A stretch of DNA of 64,000 nucleotides, taken from positions 18,042,001 to 18,106,000 of the forward strand of contig JBHGNT010000017.1 in the NCBI GenBank assembly GCA_043228905.1, given 5' to 3'. The translations under genes were made by a program, and so were the position numbers. Under the pieces are notes generated by a model. The model had not been told where the DNA came from. It saw only the letters and a list, made by a program, of their open reading frames with translations, and made no database searches. This DNA comes from Azolla caroliniana. Taxonomy: Eukaryota > Plantae > Polypodiophyta. Shown piece after piece: positions 46,822 to 58,131 of the stretch; within the stretch, counting starts at the first letter, position 1, and every line of letters starts with the position of its first letter.

Positions 46822-48766
46822 TCACCATTGCCATCCGATCCACCATATTCTTCGTTCACTCTTTGCATTTCCATGACCGGTTGTCATGGCTCTCTTTGCT
46901 CCTCTTGAGCATAATGCTTCATGCCTCGTGCATGGGCTACCTTCATCTCGACCATCTCCTTGGTCATCTAATTTTCTTTTATCATTCTTTCTTATTCCAT
47001 GCATGTCTTTCAAAAGCCTTATCAAAATACGATGGTTGAGTACTCTTAGTGATTCGTTCTTTTGCGGCATGCTCTCCTCTAGGTCCTTAAGTGACCACAT
47101 TGCATGCTTCCCACTTTGTCCACTTTCGTGGTATACTCTCGTGTTGGATTTGACCATGACTTCTATGCTAGTATCATCCTTGTTAGATTTTGTGATCACG
47201 TCTTTCGTATCCGCTTGGCCCACTTGGCCCACATCTTTGCCTTTTGAGGTTTGCTTGGTCTCTTTGTTGCACACATTAGCTTTTGTCTTCATGCTTTGCC
47301 TAACCTCTTTGTCGCACGCATGAACTTTCGTCATTTTGCTTTGCTTTACTTCATTGTTGCACACACTAGCTTTAACCCTTGCTTCCTCGCCGCCATCGTC
47401 CTTCTCTTGGGTCTTACATCGGTTAATGCCCAAGTCTCTCAAACGAGTGTGGAGGAATTTTGTAGTTTGGCATTGCCTTTGTCGTGCCACTCTTAGCCAC
47501 TTCCACCTTGTGGTTGTTCACATTGGCGTTGATCTTTGTTTCCTCACCGCCACCTTCCGTCTCTTGGGTCTTACATCGGTTAATGCCCAAGTCTCAAGAA
47601 CTTTTGTGGGGAAAGTCTCTTCATGATCTTTGTCTTCCCTCTTTGGCTTGACGTCTCCCTCTTCTTCGCATGTGTTACCTTCGACCTTCACTTCCTCGTC
47701 GCCACCTTCCGTCTCTTGGGTCTCATGTTTGCTTTTCGACACAACTACCCAAGTCTCTGGAACAAGTGTGGAGAAAGTCTCGACACGGCCATCCGCCATT
47801 GACTCGTCCTCAGCCACCTCTAACTCGATGTCATTTTTCGTGGCTATCTCCGCAATCACATTGGCCTCACACTTTTTATCTCCCTTGATCATGCAAGCTT
47901 TGCTCATGCTTGCACCTTCATCACTTGATGTTTCAGACACGATGCGTGTTCCAAAACATTTGTCCTCGCTTGAAGTTGCATTCGCCACCCTCAATTCATT
48001 GGTTTCATTCTTCATCATTCTTTCTTTGCAAGATGAGAAGGTGTCTTGTTCCACACCTTCTTCCATGGTACCATCATGGTACCGAACATGGACCTTCGTA
48101 TCGACCGTAACATTAATCCGCATTTGTTGGGAGGCCTCTTCTTCCTCGATCACCATTTGCTTCAGTTTTTGCTCCTTTTGGAGCTTCTCTTCAGCACCAT
48201 CTTGCACCTTTAAGTTCTCTAATGCTTCGCTAATTAAGGCTTCTATGTTGAGTATCGAATCTTCCCTCTTCAAGCTTTCTTCCTTCGGTGGTGGCATGTT
48301 GTTGCATTTTGTCCTCCTTCGATCATCCCTCATCGGTCGTGACATTGTCGACAATATTCCTATCCTCCTCTTGTCATTTCGTTGGCATACCTTTTTCACT
48401 TCGTCCCAATTTTCAATGAGGCCATTCGCACCATCGTCATCCTCGAGTTGGACTCCAATGGCGTTCCTCTCCTTCCGATCAATCGATTTCACAAACATTA
48501 GGACTTTATCTTCCCCCACCAATCTTTGATCCCGCTCCGAGAGTTGGGCAAAGCGACTCTCGAACTCAACGAAACCATGCATGGCACTATGGTGGGTTTT
48601 CATCGATGACACCCATTGGTTGAACTTATATAGAATTTGTCCCTCCGCCTTTTTGTAAGCTTCATTGATTGAAGCCTCTCGATCTCTCGCCTTGAGCATG
48701 ATTTCCACAACAGACATTATGCCTTTCATCAATTCCTCTCCTTGAGTTCCACTTGTCGAAGCCATC
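46822..48766 (-). pseudogene. Element E Gag-derived ORF (frameshifted), homologous to the element B ORF
   Basis: Shares VGEDKVLMFVKSIDRKER, LEDDDGANGL, DESMAD and AKSERR(I/L)WWIG with the element B protein. Confidence 0.8.
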
Positions 48767-51073
48767 TTCGCACTTGATATCCTCCTACTGCCTCGTTTCA
48801 CGTCGGGTTCACCAAAGATGTTGCGAAAATACGACAAGGATATGTGAACTTGAGGCAGGACCCCGGGGCCTCCGACTAGAGGATATCAAATTCGTATGTT
48901 TATCTTAAAGAATTAATGCAAAATGAGAAAGATTGACAAATTTCATTAACAAAGGAAAAGAAAGATTACAATCGAGATTACTAGAGTAATAGATTAGAAG
49001 AAATTGAGATATGGATTCGATAGAAAATTAGGGTTTTTTGGCTTTGATGAGAAAATTAGGGTTTTTTAGTGATATGGCTTTTCTAAGGAAATTAGGGTTT
49101 TCGGGATCCTATGGCTCCGATAAGGAAATTATGGGTTTCGGGATCCTATGGCTTCGATAAGGAAATTATGGTTTACTGAAGAGATAGATTCCTTCCCGTA
49201 TGGAAAAAGAATCGAATTATGAGTGATAGATCCTTCCCCTTTACACTTGCATGAAGGAACTTCAGTTTACATCTCCAATTCCCTTGCACGTGTCCCACGT
49301 GGCGTTTTCTTTAGTTGCATGATCTCTACCTTTTCTTTGCATGCCTTCCAACTTTAGTTGCATGCGTCCACATGGCCTTTACTTTAGTTTCCTTTACTTT
49401 AATTAGCCACATGATCCTATCATTTGTCCGTCTCAATCGCCGCCCATCCAATCCGTCCGGTTTGCGTCCAGCCTTGTCCGGTCACCGGTTCCGCCCGATC
49501 ACCGGTTCTGTCCAATCGCCGGTTCTCGATTTGATTGTCGGCCGGTTCCGGTTTGATTTCCGGCCGGTTCCCGATTTGGTTCCCGCATGCGAAGCCGTAT
49601 GGCTTAAGCGTATACTAAAGGATTTGGGCACACCCATCAAAGATCCAATACGCCTCTACTACGATAACATGAGTAGTATTCATTTGGCGCGGAATCCCGT
49701 ATTTCACTTGTGGACCAAACACATAGAAGTGTACTACCACTTCATCCGCAAGCGCGTACAGGCAAGAGAAATCGATCTCCAACACATTAGCATGCACCTA
49801 CAAGTCGTTAATATCTTTACGAAGGCCTTAGGCATTGACAAGCTCGAGCAATTCGCTTCAGACCTTGGTCTCATGACATATACATTGCCGAGCTTGAGGG
49901 GGAGTACTATACGCGACGACATGGAAGGGGTACGCAATGATACACATGCAATACATGATCGCGTACTCCACGCAGCCGACTAGTCAAGTCGAAGTACAAA
50001 CCGAACAACTTTTTGACAGATGGAAGTTGTGTTCGAAGGGGCGTGTTGAGAATCGAACTCAACTTCCCATAGGAATAGGTTTCACACTAGCTCATGGACA
50101 TTCCAGGCTAGTTTTGTAAATAATAGAAAGGGCACTTGCCCTAGCTTAGTTGGTATTTAAACCAACTCATTGTAACTTAGTTGGGTGTTGGAAGTACTTT
50201 TATTGTTAATACAATTTACCGTTTTCTCTATCTTTGTCTTGAGCTCTCTCTATCTCACTCCCTCTCTGTTGTACACACACGTTTGTCTTCCGCTGCATTA
50301 TACCATTGACTCCATTTCTTTACATCTTTTCGTAAAACTATTTAAGATTTCACTCCAACTCAAAATTTTACTTTGAAGATTTTGACTATCCTTGTTTAAT
50401 TGAGAATAACATTAGATAGCACATTTATAAAGTTAATGTATATGAATACCAAAACCCAATTACATTGAAGATTAAAAGACTGGTCTAGTTTTCGCCTCTA
50501 TTATATGGATTGGATTGAAACGTAAGAATATAAGAAGATGGAGATGTAGGAATTGTGGGTAGAGCTTTGGAAGGATCTCCTCAAGTTTTTATTAAGGCGT
50601 CCAATGAGACAATTTCGTTTCTCTTGTTGTCGATGGTCTCTAACATCCTCTTGATTCACTACCCCAAAGCTCATTCAAGATTTTGACAAAGCTTTCACCT
50701 TGATGCAAAATTCCCCCAAACCATGAACTTTCCTCTCGCTTGCGTAGGTTTTAAGAGGCCCTTACCAATATAGTAGCACTTGATCACCAGACTCAATTTA
50801 TACAAAAATTTGATGTCCCTTTTCATTTTTACCACATACCTCAACAATGTACCTTGTTGCTTACTATAGAATACATTTCTCCATTCGTCATCTATTACGA
50901 GATTTAAACCCCTAACCTTTCGCTCATAGTGTACTTTCTTTGACAATTGAGCGAAGTATTTCAATTGTCTTCCCGCTCACCTTATCTTGTGACCTTCTTT
51001 TCGTACATCTGCCTATCCATATTTCCTCATGTGCACTTCTCACATCACACTAGTGTTACATTGCATTTGTAGA

Positions 51074-51499
51074 TGTTAAGGATTAGGTAATTAAGCAAGG
51101 GCTAATTATTACCTAATTATGTGATTACGCGATTACGTAGCGGAATATTAGTGATATGTGTGTATGTGTGTGAGTGAGAGGAAGAGAGAGAGAAGTACAC
51201 TTAGGAACACAAGATGGGGGATGATTAACTATATTAAAAGGTAAATATCAACTATCATCATCAAATACAAAAATACCTTCAATGAGGTATATATAGGTTT
51301 CATGTGCAAGGGTGCACATGTGCTCGGAGAATATAGGTACAACGTGTAAGTCCTATATTAAATGAGCATGGAGTGGTGGATCTACAATGTATCCCACTCT
51401 ACAATATAGTCAACACTTCTAACTAGATTCTATCTAGGTAACTACGAAGTTACATTGTTGACTAACTAACTAAACTAAGTTGAGCTTGATCTCTCAATA
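51074..51499 (-). mobile_element. Old solo copia-type LTR
   Basis: TGTTAAG...TTGAGCTTGATCTCTCAATA resembles the copia LTR ends in this window; 5-bp TSD GTAGA. Confidence 0.7.
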
Positions 51500-51504
51500 G
51501 TAGA

Positions 51505-52300
51505 TTACCTAGAACTATTATGCTTAGTTGCATAATTTCGTTGAGATCTAAATTCGTCTAGATGTGGAGATTCCTTTCTTTGGATTTCATTACAAATATT
51601 CTAACTTCAGAGTGTGTGACCAATGCCATCATCATAGTTTTGGATTGGTTCACTAAGACATCAATAGTAAAAAGATAACATACCTTATTTTAAGATGACA
51701 TCATGGTTTCCCAGATTATATTATCATTGATCATGGACCATTATTCAGAATCCATATTAAAAGTTTAGAAGCACTTGCTCAAGGTTCTCCATATTTGTTG
51801 TGTAACGTGTGTGGCTCTTGTAATATAATGTGAAGGTCATGAAGTCATGTGAAAAGTTAGATTATGAACAACTTGATCACTTACAATATTCATCCATATC
51901 AATGATGTTACAACGTTTTGTTTAGATCTTTCACATATATATCCCCACATGATGTTCCATATCCCAAGATAAGAACCCTATGCCTCTAGCTCCATTTAAG
52001 AACAGTTGCTTCCATCCACCTGTAGTTTAAGTTAGCGATGGACCAAAGTTCAAGATTGAAGTTGTTTTTTACCCCAAGATTATGCATGGAAAGTTACACC
52101 ACCCCATCAATTGGTTAAGTTATACACCTAATTATTGGACTTGGGAACCCACTACACATCCTACTTTTGCTCTAGGTTGTAAAACATATTTTCATCATTG
52201 GTATCTTGATAGACCAAGTCCTCGTTCATGCTTTGCAATTCATAGAGCTCGATGTCAAAGGAGGGGTTATGTCATCAGAATTTAAAATGTCACGCATTCA
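51505..52300 (+). pseudogene. Highly decayed chromovirus integrase and chromodomain remnant with PPT
   Basis: AIIIVLDWFTK-like segment; WLSYTPNYWTWEP; AAGGAGGGG followed by TGTCA at ~52270. Confidence 0.55.
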
Positions 52301-54602
52301 GGGGGACAACAAGTAATAATTAATGTAAGCTAATTTTCTATATTATTGTAATTTCAATTTATTTTGATACTTTGTACTTGTGTGATACTTACGCATGATC
52401 CTTAAGGAACTAGTATACACACTAGACAAATAGCAAGTAATCATCATGGCTAGGTGGACCGTGGTGAGCCTGCGTAATAGTAGAAATACTGTATATATGT
52501 ATAGAATATCTCAATGCCATCTAATCATTCCAATCCAATAACAATCTTCAACATATTTATTTTGTAGCTCTTGTTCTTATTGTATGCAATGATTTTCTTC
52601 TTGGGCTATTATTATTTTTACTTTGACCTTAAACAATTGGCATGCATACGAATCATTTGTTTTGAAGTATAATCTTGTCATTCATGCTAAAAAAAGAAAA
52701 GAAATTACTAAGTATTTAGAAAATGATAACCGACGAAGCTCATTATATTCAACGCATATATGTATATAACTATATGCCGTGGATTATGTATACTTATAAG
52801 GGTTTCCATAGAAGTTATAATATGCAATACGTCATCATAGGGTTTTTGCCAAAAAAATATATTTTGCAAAAGAAACCTTTTTTTGTCGTTTTATATATTC
52901 TAACTTCCAAAGGTTCTATTCTATATAGATTACCCAATACGATCTTGTAGTTTGTGATTTCTTTTTGTTGAGTCTCCTTGATGACGTAGACATCATCTCT
53001 AGAAAGAATCATACTAACCAATATCGGCTATTTTAAGCTAGGCATGAATAGAAATAGTTTAGAAGGAATTATTGGAACCTGAATAATCAATATGGAAATA
53101 AATACCTTATTGTCTCTTGATGTTTTTGGTGCACATGTTACTTGATTGCGTGGGAAGTTGTGATTGATTTTCAGTAATTGTACTCCAAAGAGAAAAGGGG
53201 TATAGTTGGTAGGCACGATGCATGTGGGAAGTGAAGAGGGATCAATCTTTTATCATCTGCATTAGAAGCCTTGAATATAAAAACTTGGTTCACAGGTTGT
53301 AACTTGTAATGAATGGTATAACTACTATATTCACTCGCATAATTTGACATATGTCTAAACAGTCCATCACACTACATATTTTACATATAAGTACATACAT
53401 GTCAAGCTAACTTACATGAAGAACTCATAGATTTTAGCCCCGTTTGTAGTTGACATTCAAAAACAAGTTATCACTTTCAAGACTTGGGACATAATTTAAG
53501 TTCAATGCATACCATCTACCTTATCATCCGTTTGGTGATATCCGAATTCTCAAAACCAGAAAACAATATGTGAAATGTGCACTATTGGGTGGCTGTGTAC
53601 TTCACATATACTTTTTTGGTCCTGTCTCAATCTCAACCTCTCTCTCTCTCTCTCAACATATAATTTCTTGATGTTAATTTTAAATGAATAATTAAAATAC
53701 ATGTGATTGTACATAACCTTTTACCACCGCCTACAAACAAGTTCCTATTTTGTTGTTCCATGACTAGTTTGTGAGTGTGCCTATGTTTGCTTTTACATTG
53801 ATTTATTATTAAAGTTGGATATAGAAAGTTGGGAACATTTTCCTTTTTCCTTTAGTTGAGAACGAACATTTTCCTGTGCCAAACTTCTAAGATATGCTTA
53901 GCTTTTGATGGGCTCATCATTTATTGACCTATAAATATAGCTATTTTTGAGACATGGCATAGACAGATGTTGCTTGTATTGTTCTGCTCTAAATTTAAAG
54001 ATGTAACAAAGTTGACATAAGAAATGTGTACCACGTTATCTTGTGAGTAAAAAACTAGGGTATCTCATGGGTCATATTTGAAACAACTCTTGATGTTAAA
54101 TACATACATATTCGTCAAAATCAAAAAGTAATATAATAATAAGAAAACATGGGCCAAAGATCCTTGGAAATGGTTAACTAAGAACTCGCATTCAATGTCG
54201 GCTAACAAAAATCAAGACATTCTCAAAAACAAGCAAAATGTCAATGACAATAATAAAGTCTGGTGGCACATGCAAGAAGATATAGAAGAAATGTCTCATT
54301 TATAATTTATAGAGATGAAAACAAAGAGCAAAAACTCTAACACGTCTAACATGGAGAGAGAGAGAGAGATCTATTAAAGTTCTCTAAGACTAAAATTGGC
54401 CCATGAGAGAGAGAGCCCTTTACAAACATCTAATAAAATTGGAACACGTATTAAATTAGTATGTACAAGTTTAGGTGTACATACATTACGTTGTAAGCCT
54501 ATGGGTAGATAACTTTTACTTGTACTTTCTCAATGTTTTTAATACTATTGAAGAAAATCTTTCAAGGAAAAAAAAAAGCATGTGCAAGGACGACACACAC
54601 AA

Positions 54603-54637
<35 letters not shown>

Positions 54638-54736
54638 ATGTGTTCATTAGCTTCTCCAATGACACCCTTTGCCACAACTCTAGGACTGCTTACGCATACA
54701 CCTAGGTTAGTGTGTGTATGCTCGAGATTAAAACAA

Positions 54737-55049
54737 GGGAAAAGTACCAAGATACCCCTGGAAGTTTGTCTATTTACCAGAATGCCCCTGGAAGTTCCAA
54801 ATTTACCAAACTACCCCTATGTCCAAAAAAATACACTTTATAAAGTAAGTACAAAGGACCCAAAGAATCTCTTAAGTAAATAAATGTGTGTTTTAAGGGT
54901 ATTCTGGTAAATAGGGATTGTAGATTTTAGTGTATAATTACTTTATAAAGTGTATTTTTTTGGACATAGGAGTAGTTTGGTAAATTTGGAACTTCCAGGG
55001 GCATTCTAGTAAATAGACGAACTTCCAGGGGCATCCTGGTACTTTTCCC
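54737..55049. mobile_element. Mutator-like MITE (313 bp)
   Basis: ~110-bp TIRs GGGAAAAGTACCA.../...TGGTACTTTTCCC; 9-bp TSD TTAAAACAA. Confidence 0.9.
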
Positions 55050-55569
55050 TTAAAACAAACTATGTATAGATGCCTAGCCTTTGTATATTATATGTGAGAG
55101 TTTATCTCTCTCGAAGGCTTTTTAGCACACATAAACATTAGGTTGCACATAACTAGTGCTTTGTGACTTTAAAACTTTTGGGTTCAAGTCTCAAGATAAT
55201 TCTAGTTTGAGAACTAAAACTTTCTCTTCCAACAATAACTTCACAACCTTGGTTACATGTACATATATAATTATCTAAAAAGCCTAGGGCTGAAAGCAAT
55301 GTCTCCTAGCATGAATATGGAATGATAAAATCGAGACAAAACCTTGGGGCATGTGGGTTTGGGCATTATTGGGTTCGTGTGCAATCAAGAGTTTCAAAAT
55401 TGGATAAAAGTAAAATGCAACTATTGAGTGTGAGTTTGGTTGGGCATGTAAATGTTAAATTGATTAATCGGTATAATAACAAATTTTGCAAAAAACAACC
55501 TGATCGGCAACACTAGAGTAACTCGAGACCATGTACATAAAGCTAAGGTTTAAACAAAATGAAATTAAT

Positions 55570-56480
55570 TAGTTTTTCAAAACGCAAGTAAAACTTGAGG
55601 AGGAATTTGAACTAGGGGTACATACTCATAATATACCAAGAGCCACAAACTTTGGCTACGGGAAACTATTCTTAATATGAAGAACTACCAACTTTGACAA
55701 GTAACCTTGATAATATTATTCTACAAACTCAACCAAGAAAACCTAATGATGATAGACAAAAGCTTATACTATTCCACAAATTTGACCAAGGATGCATATT
55801 GATGATGCAATGGTTACTAGAAACTTTGACCAAAGCCACATAGTCATAAAACGACAATCACGAACTTTGACTTAGCTGGTATACTGATAAAACTAATAAA
55901 TGCATACTTTGACCAAGGGCACAAAGCAAGATTTCTATAAACGTTAATTGGGACTATAGTTTGCATTACAATTACTTAGGTAGATACACCAAAACATTAT
56001 AAAAATAACTGCAAATTTCGACTACGGGGATGCTAGACTAATGCTGCTAAGAACAACAAAGGGTATGTATATATTGATAATACCGAAAACTACATACTTT
56101 AACCACGATTGGGTACCAATTGATATTACTCACAATCACAAAGGGGCTACATCCTAAAATAACTACCACAAGCTTTAATCACCAAGGGGAACAAGCAATA
56201 TCCGCTACGAAACCACAACAGGTCACATAACATATCAACAATACTAATAATGAGACAATTCGACCAGGGGTATAGACCGATAATATTGATAATGACGAAC
56301 TGTGACAATTAGGGGTGAATATTGACGATACGAAAGCTACAAATTGGTAGGCTTATTGGAGAGGTGTATGAATGCGTGACTTCTAACGACAACAAACATT
56401 GGCCATGGGGTACATATGAACCGATTGAGATGATGGGCAGACATTGGCAGACATTGGCACCCCCAAGGGGTATCAACTGA
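55570..56480. repeat. Degenerate ~40-bp minisatellite
   Basis: Recurrent AAACTTTGACCAAGGG...ATATTGATAATAC motifs. Confidence 0.55.
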
Positions 56481-56689
56481 GATTATTGAAAACTACTGAA
56501 AATAGGCCTCCCTCGAAAAAAATAAAAAATGTAAGAAAATATAAATAAATAAATAAAAGATAAATAGGAATCACATAAAATTAAAAATAAATAAATAAAT
56601 AAATATATAAGTAAATATAAATAAATAAGTAAATAAAAGATAAATAGGAATCACACACACACACACACACACAGAGGTTTTTGAAAGAA

Positions 56690-57230
56690 AATTAAGTCAT
56701 GATTTTGTACTTGTTTTTCTTTTTCAGAGTGTTGTTATGTAACTCTTAATTCATGATTGTGTAATTGTTTTTCATTTTTCAGAGTGCTGTTATGTAATTG
56801 AATTCATGATTCTTTGTAATTGTTTTTCTTTTTCTGAATGTTGCTATTTAACTTAATTCATGAATTTGGCAATTGTTTTTCTTCTTCTGAGTGCTGGTAT
56901 GTAATTTAATTCATGATTTTCTGCAATTGTTTTTCTTTTTCTGATTGTTGCTATGTAACTTAATTCATGATTTTTTGCAATTGTTTTTCTTTTTTTCTGA
57001 GTTCTGGTATGTAATTTAACTCATGATTCTGGAGTTGTTTTTCTTTTCTTTATTTTTCTCCGAGTGTTGTTACATGTGCACCTTTTCTGAGAGTTGTTCT
57101 GGAATTCAATTCATGATTTTGTAACTGTTGTGTTTTATTTCTGTTTTTTTTTTTTTCCTCTGAGTGCTGTAATGGAAATGAATTCATGGTTTTTTCTTTC
57201 TCTTTTTTCTGAGTATTGTTGATATAATAT
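56690..57230. repeat. ~55-58-bp tandem repeat upstream of the TBL gene
   Basis: About nine units of AATTCATGATTTT...AATTGTTTTTCTTTTTCTGAGTGTTGTTATGTAA. Confidence 0.8.
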
Positions 57231-57577
57231 GGCAGGGCAACAGATGCTCTGCTCTGTCTGTGTATTGAGAGAGACAGAGATGGAGGGAAGATCCTTCACT
57301 TTGAACCAATTCAAAAGTATGAGATGGCTCCTGTGCATCTGTATATATATAATTTAAACTGTCAGAGAGAGAGAGAGAGAGAGATATGCTGATTTCTGCA
57401 GAGAATCATGAAACAGGGGAAGATAAAAAGCCAAAGATAAATAGATAGATAGATAGAGAGTGAGAGAAAGAGAGAGAGAGAGAGATTTCTGCAGAGAATC
57501 ATGAAGGAGCAGACATAAAACCCAAATGGAAAGCAAACTTGCCAGGGCTTGTGAGGCAGGAGAGAAGAAGTGAACTC

Positions 57578-57618
<41 letters not shown>

Positions 57619-57762
57619 CTAGAGAGAGAAACCATTAGAGGGATACATGAACAGAGCGAAGTTAACAGAAGAGAGAGAAGGAGAGGCAAGCCCTGTAGAG
57701 AGAGAAACCATGAGAGGGCACATATATGTATCATGTATGTATGTATTGAGAGAGAATTAAAC

Positions 57763-57794
<32 letters not shown>

Positions 57795-58131
57795 CCCAAC
57801 ACCTAAAAAGAAAAGAAAAGAAGAGAGAGAGTTTATAGAGGGAAAGAAACTCCATTAAAAAGAAAAAACCCATTGCAGAGAAACAGAGAGAGAGAGAGAG
57901 AAGAGATCATCAGATATACATATAGACATAGAGAAAGGCCATTGGGGGAGACAGACAGACAGAGAAACAGAGAGACAGGCAGATTCTTCCATTGCAGAGA
58001 GACAGAGGTTTTGAGAGACTTATTAGAGAAAGATAGGTAAAAGAGAGATCCATTATATTACATGGAGATAATATATGCATATATCAAGAGAGAAAGCCAT
58101 TAGACAAGAGATGAAGCAGTGATCAAAAGGC

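Larger units (their letters stand above)
34696..49585 (-). mobile_element. Element E: gag-only non-autonomous member of the TGTCG superfamily; 3' LTR 34696-35937, 5' LTR 48819-~49585 (truncated)
   Basis: LTR homology; tRNA-Trp PBS 48798-48814; internal region 35938-36009 and 46800-48818. Confidence 0.88.
33560..50324 (+). mobile_element. Copia-H remnant: integrase to RT start (33560-34695), RNase H (49586-49900), PPT and probable 3' LTR (50044-~50324)
   Basis: GGKEYF, QQNGVAERKNR, KCILVGY, KARLVTKGY, ETFA(L)V; ACEAVWLKRILKDLG...TKHIEVYYHF; AAGGGGCG followed by TGTTGAG; most of RT deleted together with part of the element E LTR. Confidence 0.8.

Noticed and set aside
47630-48529. 299-aa antisense ORF, and similar ones at 13580-14206 and 38198-38983
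   Set aside because: Shadows of coding strands with biased composition.
55511-56520. CACTA transposon starting CACTAGAG
   Set aside because: No matching TAGTG terminus or 3-bp TSD found.
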